In this document: one piece after another, positions 1 to 11,587 of the stretch
Numbering within the stretch: the stretch's first letter is position 1
Layout: each line of letters starts with the position of its first letter
DNA from: Macrostomum lignano
Lineage: Eukaryota
Length of the DNA: 39,751 bases
Assembly (NCBI GenBank): GCA_002269645.1
Contig: NIVC01003536.1
Location: 52,623-92,373 of the forward strand
Reading direction: 5' to 3'
The notes under the pieces: generated by a model
What the model was told of the DNA's origin: nothing
Database searches by the model: none
Seen by the model: only the letters and a program-made list of their open reading frames with translations
Program-made: the position numbers and the translations under genes

Positions 1-1516
1 ATTATCTAATTATCTATTTGAAGCAACTTATGCTTCAAGAACTTAGCGCTGAAATTCCCCATCGGATTGCTAACTCACTTGCAATTGCCAAAGTCAGATC
101 CGAGAATGAATTTTCTGGCATCGCATTTGCTCAGCATGCTTTGAGAACTGAGAGAAGGTTTCGAGACAGACTTGACCCTCTCGACTTCAGTAATCGGGAA
201 ATTTTCGAGCGGTACCGGCTGCCACGTCAACCTTTGCTGGAGCTCATTGAGTTGCTGCGGCCGCAACTACAACGTCAGACGCGTCGCAACAGAGCTATTT
301 CCGTCGAACTGCAGGTTTGCCTTGCCCTCCGATTTTTTGCAACAGGCAGCTTTCTCAAAGTCATTAGGGACGTTTTCAACTGTAGCTGCGTCACGGTGTC
401 CGGAGTTGTGACTGAAGTTTGCCTGCTGCTTCGGGACATGGCACCCATTTGCGTTTCGTTTCCAAGCAATCAGCAAGCAGCAGCAGCATCAGCACGTGCA
501 TTTTTTGAAATTGCCGGAGTGCCTCAGGTGCTCGGAGCCATAGACTGCACGCACATCCGCATCCGGTGCCCTACCGATGACGGTGGAATCTTCATTAATC
601 GAAAAGGATTTCACTCGATTAATGTTCAGGCCGTATGTAGTGCCAATCTCGCATTTACAAACGTTGTCGCACGTTCGCCTGGAAGTAGCCACGACTCCTT
701 CATTTTTCAACAATCTGCACTGAAAGATCTCCTCGCGAATGGGAAGGTCGCTGGCTTCTTGGTTGGAGATGCGGGCTACCCACTCCGACCATTTCTGATG
801 ACGCCATTTAGGGATCCACAAAAAAATTCCGAACAAAATTTCAACCGGCGATTAAGCAAAACGCGCGTAACAATCGAGAGGGCTTTTGGTGTTTTGAAAG
901 CGAGATTTCGATGCCTCGATCACAGCGGAGGAGCTTTACAATTTAATCCCAGTAAAGTGTGCAACATCATTGTTGCATGCTGCGTGCTCCACAATTTCGC
1001 CGTGGCCAGAGCCATTCCACTTCCACCACATGAGCATCAGCTGCTAGCCATGGAAGCTACTGCTGAAAATGAAGCCGCACTGGCTGAAGACACCGCTGCT
1101 GGTCGAGCAGAAAGGCAGCGGATCATGGAGCTACTCCCACCGTGACTCACTTAAGCAAAATTTGTGTTTATTGCTACTCAAACTTTAAATTAACAATTTT
1201 CATTATTGTTTGATTTTTTCAGTCTTTAAACTTACTCAAATATACAGTAAAATGCGAATTTCTTGACTGAATGAAGTCGGCGCTGTGCATTTTCACAACT
1301 AAAGAGTGACTTACGACAGTTCCGACCTGTCTTAGATTTACGGCGGAACTTAAGAAGCCGAAGTGACTTACGAAAGTTTCACCGAACGCAAATTTACGCT
1401 TACGCTTCTTAAATCTAAGAACGGTCTTAAGATACGATTGTTTCACCGAACATTTTACGACACGGCGCGAACGTAAGTTTGAACTTAAGGATACGCAAGC
1501 TTTATAGAACGGGCCC
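1..1516 (+). mobile_element. Harbinger/PIF-type DNA transposon, right part (left end outside window)
   Basis: It contains a DDE_Tnp_4-type ORF. Downstream, 1300-1516 is rich in repeated CTTAAG/CTTACG subterminal motifs and ends in ...TTTATAGAACGGGCCC followed by TCA. The reverse complement GGGCCCGTTCTATAAAG resembles a Harbinger TIR. The left TIR and TSD cannot be checked. Confidence 0.75.
18..1145 (+). CDS. HARBI1: Harbinger transposase / HARBI1-like DDE nuclease (375 aa ORF; first ATG at 30)
   Basis: Motifs FERYRL, LRFFATG, GAIDCTHI (D), NRKGFHSINVQAVC, PGSSHDS, GDAGYP (D) and IERAFGVLKARFRCL (E) are the HTH + DDE_Tnp_4 signature. No frameshift or stop is visible. Confidence 0.92.
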   Translation: MKQLMLQELSAEIPHRIANSLAIAKVRSENEFSGIAFAQHALRTERRFRDRLDPLDFSNREIFERYRLPRQPLLELIELLRPQLQRQTRRNRAISVELQVCLALRFFATGSFLKVIRDVFNCSCVTVSGVVTEVCLLLRDMAPICVSFPSNQQAAAASARAFFEIAGVPQVLGAIDCTHIRIRCPTDDGGIFINRKGFHSINVQAVCSANLAFTNVVARSPGSSHDSFIFQQSALKDLLANGKVAGFLVGDAGYPLRPFLMTPFRDPQKNSEQNFNRRLSKTRVTIERAFGVLKARFRCLDHSGGALQFNPSKVCNIIVACCVLHNFAVARAIPLPPHEHQLLAMEATAENEAALAEDTAAGRAERQRIMELLPP

Positions 1517-2335
1517 TCATTGTTTGCTTGCCTTCTCTCTCCGCCTCGCTCCGCCACGGTTCTAAACCACGCCTCTGCCAAATCTCAGTCACGCCACCTC
1601 TACTGTCTGTACGAGCTCTCGCTACGAGCACCGCCACCACACGTTCACCACCATCACATCGTCACCATTGCCTCAGGCTCATCGACTCATTCTATCGTCT
1701 ACCATCTTCTTATTGTTGCGTAGCCGCCCAGTGCATTTCCTACGGATTCAGCAAGTATTCTGACCTATCTCTGTTGACCACCCAGACAGAATTGATAATA
1801 GTCAAGCCTAACTATCCTCTCATACGGTTACAATAAATAAAGACTACGGCCATTGCCCGCATCAGTCGTTACTATCATCTACAGTGCCACTGTAGTGCTA
1901 CCGCAACAAAATTTGCCTCTGCCGTGTTTGTCTTCGTTAGTCATTTTCGAGTCTGCCGGATAAATCGTCACAGTCGCGGTAGATGCGAGTCCATGCAAGG
2001 AAAAAATGCTACGTGCGTCTAATCAACCAATCAATCAAACTAAGAATGATGCATGCACTGCAGAGACTACTGACGAAAATGAGTTCAGTAGTTGATTTTC
2101 GCACTGGAACGAGTTGCAAAATTTTTCACATTAGCTTCTATGGCCACACGAGTGGCCCATCTTGTGTGTATGTGATGTTTGGTTTAACCACGCACTAAAT
2201 GGTAAATATATTCTCTGGTCTGCAAGTTTAAAGCGAGCAAAGAAGAAAACATAAAGACAAAGTCAAACGATTATCGCTTGAAAAGTTTCGTTTACAAAGA
2301 GAATCAATCAATCAATCAACCAACCCGAGTCGGCA

Positions 2336-2686
2336 ATGCTCTCTACTAACGAATCCATGGTTATCGATTGGTTCGCCAACTCCAGTCCCGCGCCACGCGA
2401 GGAGCTCGTCCACTTAGCCAGGCTGGCCGAGCAGGCCGAACGGTACGAAGACATGGCATCGGCGATGAAGTCGGTAGCCGAGAAGGGGCGCGAACTGGGC
2501 GTGGAGGAGCGGAATCTACTGTCAGTAGCTTATAAGAATTTTATTAGCCCTCGTAGAATTTCCTGGCGGTTGATCGCCGGAATTGAAGTGAAAATGAACG
2601 ACACAAACGACAGGAAGCGCGCCAACATCAAGGAGTTTCGGCAGCAGATTGAGAGCGAACTGCAGAAGATCTGCACCGAAGTTCAG
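2336..2686 (+). CDS. 14-3-3: 14-3-3 protein, coding exon 1 of 4
   Basis: Encodes [14 protein letters not shown]...[12 protein letters not shown]...RRISWR. Phase-0 donor CAG|GTTGGT at 2686/2687. Confidence 0.93.
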
Positions 2687-2797
2687 GTTGGTTCATTTCA
2701 TGCATTTTGGCGAAGAACCTTGGAAATAATCTTAGCAGTTAAACTGGGGTAGGGTAGGGCTAGGGTAGCTTAATGTGCATTAAGGTCTTATAATGGG

Positions 2798-3211
2798 TGT
2801 CGGGTTGTCTGGATGGTTGTTTGCCGTTGTCTGGATGTTTGTCGGGTTGTCTGGATGTTTGTCGGGTTGTCTGGATGTTTGTCGGGTTGTCTGGATGGTT
2901 GTCTGGATGGTTGTCGGGTTGTCTGGATGTTTGTCGGGTTGTCTGGATGGTTGTCTGGATGGTTGTCGGGTTGTCTGGATGTTTGTCGGGTTGTCTGGAT
3001 GGTTGTCGAATTGTCTGGATGGTTGTCGAATTGTCTGGATGTTTGTCGGGTTGTCTGGATGTTTGTCGGGTTGTCTGGATGGTTGTCGGATTGTCTGGAT
3101 GGTTGTTTGCCGTTGTCTGGATGGTTGTCGAATTGTCTGGATGGTTGTCGAATTGTCTGGATGTTTGTCGAATTGTCTGGATGTTTGTCGAATTGTCTGG
3201 ATGGTTGTCGG
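2798..3211. repeat. Minisatellite (20-bp and 12-bp variant units) in 14-3-3 intron 1
   Basis: Tandem GTCGGGTTGTCTGGATGTTT / GGTTGTCTGGAT units. Explains the spurious ORFs at 2780-3373. Confidence 0.95.
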
Positions 3212-3433
3212 GTACGCCTGGGTGGGTGTTAACATGTTTAGATTGGTTTCAAGGTGGCAGATTGGTTGAGTGTCGTATCGGTATTTTTCGTGAAACCCAA
3301 ACCCATGAAAGCCAACCCCAAGGCACAGAGAATGTACATACCTGACGATTAGAAAGTCAAGGACGCTGTACACCCCGTGTGAGCGTGTGTGCGAGTGCGT
3401 GAATTTGAGTTTTCAAAATCTCAACGTTTCCAG

Positions 3434-3721
3434 AATCTTCTGGACGACCATCTGCTGAAAAATGCTCGCAGTGACGAGTCGATAATTTTCTACTACAAGA
3501 TGAAGGGCGACTATTACCGCTACCTGGCCGAGACTTCAATTGGCAACGATCGCGGAGTGATCATCGAGAACGCCGACCGGACCTACAGCTTCGCCAGCAA
3601 GTCAGCGGAAGAGAAGCTGGCCTGCACTCACCCGATCCGGCTGGGCCTGGCGCTCAACTACAGCGTCTTCCTCCAGGAGATCAAGAATGAGTCCTCCGCT
3701 GCCATCTCGCTGGCTAAGGCG
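3434..3721 (+). CDS. 14-3-3: 14-3-3 protein, coding exon 2
   Basis: Acceptor TTTCCAG|AAT. Encodes FYYKMKGDYYRYLAE and HPIRLGLALNYSVF. Phase-0 donor GCG|GTGAGC. Confidence 0.93.
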
Positions 3722-3849
3722 GTGAGCTCGACTGCTGTACATGTACAGTCTACTCAATGAGCGCGAATGCAAACACGCTTTCTGACAAATACATGTATGA
3801 CTAAAAGAGAGTGCAGGCCCGAGTCATCTGACACATTGAATAAAGTACA

Positions 3850-6800
3850 GCTATCTGACACACTGACTCAACAGACATGAGCTATCTGACACACTGACTC
3901 AACAGACATGAGCTATCTGACACACTGACTCAACAGACATGAGCTATCTGACACACTGACTCAACAGACATGAGCTATCTGACACACTGACTCAACAGAC
4001 ATGAGCTATCTGACACACTGACTCAACAGACATGAGCTATCTGACACACTGACTCAACAGACATGAGCTATCTGACACACTGACTCAACAGACATCAGCT
4101 ATCTGACACACTGACTCAACAGACTTCAGCTATCTGACACAGTGACTCAACAGACATCAGCTTTGTGACACAGTGACTCAACAGACATGAGCTATCTGAC
4201 AAAGTGACTCAGCAGACATCAGCTATCTGACACACTGACTCAACAGACATGAGCATTGTGACACACTGACTCAACAGACATGAGCTATCTGACACACTGA
4301 CTCAACAGACATGAGCTATGTGACACACTGACTCAACAGACATCAGCTATCTGACACACTGACTCAACAGACATGAGCTATCTGACACACTGACTCAACA
4401 GACATGAGCTATCTGACACACTGACTCAACAGACATGAGCTATCTGACACAGTGACTCAACAGACATGAGCTATCTGACACACTGACTCAACAGACATGA
4501 GCTTTGTGACACACTGAATCAACAGACATGAGCTATCTGACACACTGACTCAACAGACATGAGCATTGTGACACACTGACTCAACAGACATGAGCTTTGT
4601 GACACACTGAATCAACAGACATGAGCTATCTGACACACTGACTCAACAGACATGAGCATTGTGACACACTGACTCAACAGACATGAGCATTGTGACACAC
4701 TGACTCAACAGACATGAGCTATCTGACACACTGACTCAACAGACATGAGCTATCTGACACACTGACTCAACAGACATGAGCTATCTGACACACTGACTCA
4801 ACAGACATGAGCTATCTGACACACTGACTCAACAGACATCAGCTATGTGACACACTGACTCAACAGACATGAGCTATCTGACACAGTGACTCAACAGACA
4901 TGAGCTATCTGACACACTGACTCAACAGACATGAGCTTTGTGACACACTGAATCAACAGACATCAGCTATCTGACACAGTGACTCAACAGACATCAGCTT
5001 TGTGACACAGTGACTCAACAGACATGAGCTATCTGACAAAGTGACTCAGCAGACATCAGCTATCTGACACACTGACTCAACAGACATGAGCTATCTGACA
5101 CACTGACTCAACAGACATCAGCTATCTGACACACTGACTCAACAGACATGAGCTATCTGACACACTGACTCAACAGACATGAGCTATCTGACACAGTGAC
5201 TCAACAGACATGAGCTATCTGACACAGTGACTCAACAGACATGAGCTATCTGACACACTGACTCAACAGACATCAGCTATCTGACACACTGACTCAACAG
5301 ACTTCAGCTATCTGACACAGTGACTCAACAGACATCAGCTTTGTGACACAGTGACTCAACAGACATGAGCTATCTGACAAAGTGACTCAGCAGACATCAG
5401 CTATCTGACACACTGACTCAACAGACATGAGCTATCTGACACAGTGACTCAACAGACATGAGCTATCTGACACACTGACTCAACAGACATGAGCTATGTG
5501 ACACACTGACTCAACAGACATGAGCTTTGTGACACACTGACTCAACAGACATGAGCTATCTGACACACTGACTCAACAGACATGAGCTATCTGACACACT
5601 GACTCAACGGACATGAGCTATCTGACACACTGACTCAACAGACATCAGCTATGTGACACACTGACTCAACAGACATGAGCTATCTGACACAGTGACTCAA
5701 CAGACATGAGCTATCTGACACACTGACTCAACAGACATCAGCTTTGTGACACACTGAATCAACAGACATCAGCTATCTGACACAGTGACTCAACAGACAT
5801 CAGCTTTGTGACACAGTGACTCAACAGACATGAGCTATCTGACAAAGTGACTCAGCAGACATCAGCTATCTGACACACTGACTCAACAGACATGAGCTAT
5901 CTGACACACTGACTCAACAGACATGAGCTTTGTGACACACTGACTCAACAGACATGAGCTATCTGACACACTGACTCAACAGACATGAGCTATCTGACAC
6001 AGTGACTCAACAGACATGAGCTATCTGACACAGTGACTCAACAGACATGAGCTATCTGACACACTGACTCAACAGACATCAGCTATCTGACACACTGACT
6101 CAACAGACTTCAGCTATCTGACACAGTGACTCAACAGACATCAGCTTTGTGACACAGTGACTCAACAGACATGAGCTATCTGACAAAGTGACTCAGCAGA
6201 CATCAGCTATCTGACACACTGACTCAACAGACATGAGCTATCTGACACAGTGACTCAACAGACATGAGCTATCTGACACACTGACTCAACAGACATGAGC
6301 TATGTGACACACTGACTCAACAGACATGAGCTTTGTGACACACTGACTCAACAGACATGAGCTATCTGACACACTGACTCAACAGACATGAGCTATCTGA
6401 CACACTGACTCAACGGACATGAGCTATCTGACACACTGACTCAACAGACATCAGCTATGTGACACACTGACTCAACAGACATGAGCTATCTGACACAGTG
6501 ACTCAACAGACATCAGCTATCTGACACACTGACTCAACAGACATGAGCTATCTGACACACTGACTCAACAGACATGAGCTATCTGACACACTGACTCAAC
6601 AGACATGAGCTATCTGACACACTGACTCAACAGACATGAGCTTTGTGACACACTGAATCAACAGACATGAGCTATCTGACACACTGACTCAACAGACATG
6701 AGCATTGTGACACACTGACTCAACAGACATGAGCTTTGTGACACACTGAATCAACAGACATGAGCTATCTGACACACTGACTCAACAGACATGAGCATTG

Positions 6801-8996
6801 TGACACACTGACTCAACAGACATGAGCTATCTGACACACTGACTCAACAGACATGAGCTATCTGACACACTGACTCAACAGACATGAGCTATCTGACACA
6901 CTGACTCAACAGACATGAGCTATCTGACACACTGACTCAACAGACATCAGCTATGTGACACACTGACTCAACAGACATCAGCTATCTGACACACTGACTC
7001 AACAGACATGAGCTATCTGACACACTGACTAAACAGACATCAGCTATCTGACACACTGACTCAACAGACATCAGCTATCTGACACAGTGACTCAACAGAC
7101 ATCAGCTTTGTGACACAGTGACTCAACAGACATGAGCTATCTGACAAAGTGACTCAGCAGACATCAGCTATCTGACACACTGACTCAACAGACATGAACT
7201 ATCTGACACACTGACTCAACAGACATGAGCTTTGTGACACACTGACTCAACAGACATGAGCTATCTGACACACTGACTCAACAGACATCAGCTATCTGAC
7301 ACAGTGACTCAACAGACATGAGCTATCTGACACAGTGACTCAACAGACATGAGCTATCTGACACACTGACTCAACAGACATGAGCTATCTGACACACTGA
7401 CTCAACAGACATCAGCTATCTGACACAGTGACTCAACAGACATCAGCTTTGTGACACAGTGACTCAACAGACATGAGCTATCTGACAAAGTGACTCAGCA
7501 GACATCAGCTATCTGACACACTGACTCAACAGACATGAGCTATCTGACACAGTGACTTAACAGACATGAGCTATCTGACACACTGACTCAACAGACATGA
7601 GCTATCTGACACAGTGACTCAACAGACATGAGCATTGTGACACACTGACTCAACAGACATGAGCTATCTGACACACTGACTCAACAGACATGAGCTATCT
7701 GACACAGTGACTCAACAGACATGAGCTATCTGACACACTGACTCAACAGACATGAGCTATCTGACACACTGACTCAACAGACATGAGCTATCTGACACAC
7801 TGACTCAACAGACATGAGCTATCTGACACAGTGACTCAACAGACATGAGCTATCTGACACACTGACTCAACAGACATCAGCTATCTGACACAGTGACTCA
7901 ACAGACATGAGCTATCTGACACACTGACTCAACAGACATGAGCTATCTGACACACTGACTCAACAGACATGAGCTATCTGACACAGTGACTCAACAGACA
8001 TGAGCTATCTGACACACTGACTCAACAGACATGAGCTATCTGACACACTGACTCAACAGACATCAGCTATCTGACACAGTGACTCAACAGACATCAGCTT
8101 TGTGACACAGTGACTCAACAGACATGAGCTATCTGACAAAGTGACTCAGCAGACATCAGCTATCTGACACACTGACTCAACAGACATGAGCTATCTGACA
8201 CACTGACTCAACAGACATGAGCTATCTGACACACTGACTCAACAGACATGAGCTATCTGACACAGTGACTCAACAGACATGAGCATTGTGACACACTGAC
8301 TCAACAGACATGAGCTATCTGACACACTGACTCAACAGACATGAGCTATCTGACACAGTGACTCAACAGACATGAGCTATGTGACACACTGACTCAACAG
8401 ACATGAGCTATGTGACACACTGACTCAACAGACATGAGCTATCTGACACACTGACTCAACAGACATGAGCTATCTGACACACTGACTCAACAGACATGAG
8501 CTATCTGACACACTGACTCAACAGACATGAGCTATCTGACACACTGACTCAACAGACATGAGCTATCTGACACACTGACTCAACAGACATGAGCTATCTG
8601 ACACACTGACTCAACAGACATGAGCTATCTGACACACTGACTCAACAGACATGAGCTATGTGACACACTGACTCAACAGACATGAGCTATCTGACACACT
8701 GACTCAACAGACATGAGCTATCTGACACACTGACTCAACAGACATGAGCTATCTGACACACTGACTCAACAGACATGAGCTATCTGACACACTGACTCAA
8801 CAGACATGAGCTATCTGACACACTGACTCAACAGACATGAGCTATCTGACACACTGACTCAACAGACATGAGCTATGACACAGTGACTCAACAGACATCA
8901 GCTATCTGACACACTGACTCAACAGACAGCTGTGACACACTGACTCAACAGACATGAGCTATCTGACACAGTGACTCAACAGACAGCTGTGACACA
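3850..8996. repeat. 31-bp tandem array (~166 copies) filling 14-3-3 intron 2
   Basis: Unit GCTATCTGACACACTGACTCAACAGACATGA with period 31 (e.g. 3850, 3881). Variant units recur at exact multiples of 31. Confidence 0.98.
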
Positions 8997-9043
8997 GCGG
9001 GCACTCACAAGTCTATAAATACCTGGCCCACCGATCTCCCAAG

Positions 9044-9142
9044 GCTTATTCTGCAGCGATCCAGGAGCTGGACAAGCTGCCTTCGGACGAGTCGTACAAA
9101 GACGCCAGCCTCCTCATGCAGCTGCTCAGGGATAACATCACG
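9044..9142 (+). CDS. 14-3-3: 14-3-3 protein, coding exon 3
   Basis: Acceptor CTCCCAAG|GCT. Encodes AYSAAIQELDKLPSDESYKDASLLMQLLRDNIT, matching canonical ESYKDSTLIMQLLRDNLT. Donor ACG|GTTAGT. Confidence 0.9.
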
Positions 9143-9230
9143 GTTAGTGACTGGGGAATTTCCCAATGTAATTCCCAACTCGATAAAAAATATCCACAAA
9201 CACCGAAGAGATTCTTCAATTCAATTGCAG

Positions 9231-9275
9231 CTCTGGTCGGCGGAGCACTGCGGAGATTCTGACAAATCAAACTGA
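9231..9275 (+). CDS. 14-3-3: 14-3-3 protein, terminal coding exon 4
   Basis: Acceptor TTGCAG|CTC TGG. Encodes LWSAEHCGDSDKSN*, completing the RDN(L/I)TLW motif. The spliced protein is 260 aa. Confidence 0.88.
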   Translation, partial: LWSAEHCGDSDKSN

Positions 9276-9463
9276 GAACTGCTCGAATTCGAGCCAGAAT
9301 GCGCAGATCCATGTTTTCCGCTTGGATTGACATGCAAACATTTCTGTTCGCGCAGGCCCTCTGATTTAAGTTAAGTAGTAAGCGTCTTGTATGTGTAACT
9401 AAGGATGCATTCAACCATAAATATATGCAGTGCGTAAGGAATTCTCTGTAATACAATCCCTCA

Positions 9464-9469
9464 AATAAA
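9464..9469 (+). terminator. Candidate polyadenylation signal of the 14-3-3 gene
   Basis: AATAAA about 190 nt after the stop codon, just before a minisatellite. Confidence 0.5.
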
Positions 9470-9475
9470 CTGTTT

Positions 9476-10073
9476 TCTGACCAATCAGATTCTCTAGGTA
9501 GCTACTTCCATCCTGATTAATTAGATTCTCTAGGTAGCTACTTCCATCCTGACCAATCAGATTATCTTGGTATTTCCATCCTGACCAATCGGATTCTTAG
9601 GGTATTTCCATCCTGACCAATCGGATTCTTAGGGTATTTCCATCCTGACCAATCAGATTATCTGGGTATTTCCATCCTGACCAATCAGATTATCTGGGTA
9701 TTTCCATCCTGACCAATCAGATTATGTGTATTTCTGACCAATCAGATTTTCTGGGCATTTCCATCCTGACCAATCAGATTATCTGTGTATTTCTGACCAA
9801 TCAGATTTTCTGGGCATTTCCATCCTGACCAATCAGATTATCTGTGTATTTCCATCCTGACCAATCGGATTATCTGTGTATTTCTGACTAATCAGATTCT
9901 CTGGGCATTTCCATCCTGACCAATCAGATTCTCTGGGCATTTCTGACCAATCAGATTCTCTGGGCATTTCCATCCTAACCAATCAGATTCTCTGGGCATT
10001 TCCATCCTGACCAATCAGATTCTCTGGGCACATTTCTGACCAATCAGATTCCCTGGCAATTTCTGACCAATCA
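9476..10073. repeat. CCAAT-box minisatellite (32-bp and ~26-bp units) between the convergent 14-3-3 and RBMS 3' ends
   Basis: Unit TTCCATCCTGACCAATCAGATTATCTGGGTAT. 18 CCAATC cores counted. Confidence 0.95.
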
Positions 10074-11097
10074 GCAGAGAGCACCAAACATCAAAGCAGA
10101 AAGCAAAACGATAACGCGATGTGAACACGTGGGATTCTCGCAGTAGAAGTAGAACAGAAGAAAGAATTGGTACCTGTAGCTCCAGCATTGAACTTTATAT
10201 TAATTACTGATGTCAGCGCTGATCGTGGATCGAGACAGTCGGCCGGACAGACGGACAGAAAAAAAATCACCCCCCCCCCTCGACTGACAAAATCAACTGA
10301 AGAGAAAAAATTTCCGGAGACAAAACACAATGGCGGAGACCAGAAGGAGAAGGAAGAAAATTTCAATCAGGTTCAGGAGATTTTTCTGCAACTTTTTGTG
10401 TGTCTGCTTTTAATGACAAGCCTTTTAGAAAAGTACAAACACTATAAATTAGCTTTAGTGCTGATGGCGGGCAGCCGCGGACAGACAACGGTATACCAAT
10501 ACAGAGACAGAGCAACAACAGCAAAGCAAAGCCAAAAAAGAGAAGAAAAAACTCTCTGTTCTAAGAAACCACTCAATCCCAAACGGGGGTTCGAACTGCC
10601 GGACCCAGTTATTTACAGGGGACAGGCGAGGGGGAGGTCAAGGGGTTGCCGAAGGATCACCGCCCTGAAGCAAGAAGCAAAAAAAACAACAAAACACAAA
10701 ACAAACAGACAGAACGGAGGGCCCGAAGTCACTGCCATCACAGAAACGGACTCCGGATTGAAGAAGCCGTCACAGAAGCAGTCGAATAATTTTGTTCAAC
10801 CTTGTAATCGCGGCGAGATCAAAACAAACGAAAAAAAGAACGTTGGAAGGTTAAAAAGTAAACCGCCTGGCGAGCGAGGTGCAATTTCTGGCAGCTAAGA
10901 AAAAAACGCTGACAAGCCAAAAAAAGAAGTTTTTGGTAAAGTAAAAAAGAGACTTGTGTGTGGCGGGCCGACTACGGAGCCAGAGCGGGACAGTCGCGAA
11001 GCTGGGGTCAGACAGGTAGCTCGGTGGGTAATACAAAAACACAAAGCCTGAGGCGATCGAAGACGGCCAAGAAAATAAAAATCAGTAAAAGGACTAG

Positions 11098-11098
11098 A

Positions 11099-11130
<32 letters not shown>

Positions 11131-11232
11131 AGAGAAAAGGTGGGACCAGGGGAACAAGGGGCGGAATGGGAGATGGGGGACGTCGAACTGACTCGGGATC
11201 TCTCTGGGTTTTTTGTTCAGTTCAGCTTGCGA

Positions 11233-11281
<49 letters not shown>

Positions 11282-11283
11282 CA
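11098..11283. repeat. (GA)n and (GACA)n microsatellites
   Basis: Direct inspection: GA run at 11098-11134 and GACA run at ~11235-11283. Confidence 0.9.
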
Positions 11284-11347
11284 CAGGTGCAAGCAGGACA
11301 CCTTGAACTGGCCGCAATGTCAGAGGTCTAGGCGCAGCGGACACCTA

Positions 11348-11587
11348 TCACTGCTGATCAACGGCCAGACCCAGGTGCTGATAGGCGGCCGACGGATCGA
11401 TGCTGGCGTAATAAAACTGCGGCGGCGGCTGCGGAGCCTCGCCGTACATTTGGGGCGGTGGCGGCGGAGGCGGCTGCTGCTGTGGCTGCTGCTGCTGCTG
11501 CTGCGGGTTCTGCAGCATCTGCGGGTGACCGGCGCCAGCGAACAGCGCGTAGGCGGACGACGGGTCGTAGCTGATCCAAGAGCCGCG
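11348..11587 (-). CDS. RBMS: RBMS/MSSP/shep-family RNA-binding protein, last coding exon (E8)
   Basis: Acceptor CCGCCACTGCAG|CGC, phase 0. Encodes RGSWISYDPSSAY...QQQQQQPQQQPPPP...LAVDQQ*. SYDPSSA resembles the TYDPTTA motif of vertebrate RBMS1 as I recall it. Confidence 0.65.
   Translation of the reverse strand, partial: RGSWISYDPSSAYALFAGAGHPQMLQNPQQQQQQPQQQPPPPPPPQMYGEAPQPPPQFYYASIDPSAAYQHLGLAVDQQ

Noticed and set aside
3850-8996. CRISPR-like regular ~31-bp repeat
   Set aside because: The units are head-to-tail with no unique spacers, there are no cas genes, and the location is a eukaryotic intron.
10167-10898. 243-aa Lys-rich ORF on +
   Set aside because: It is the antisense of a U-rich RBMS 3' region, has low complexity and shows no recognisable domain.
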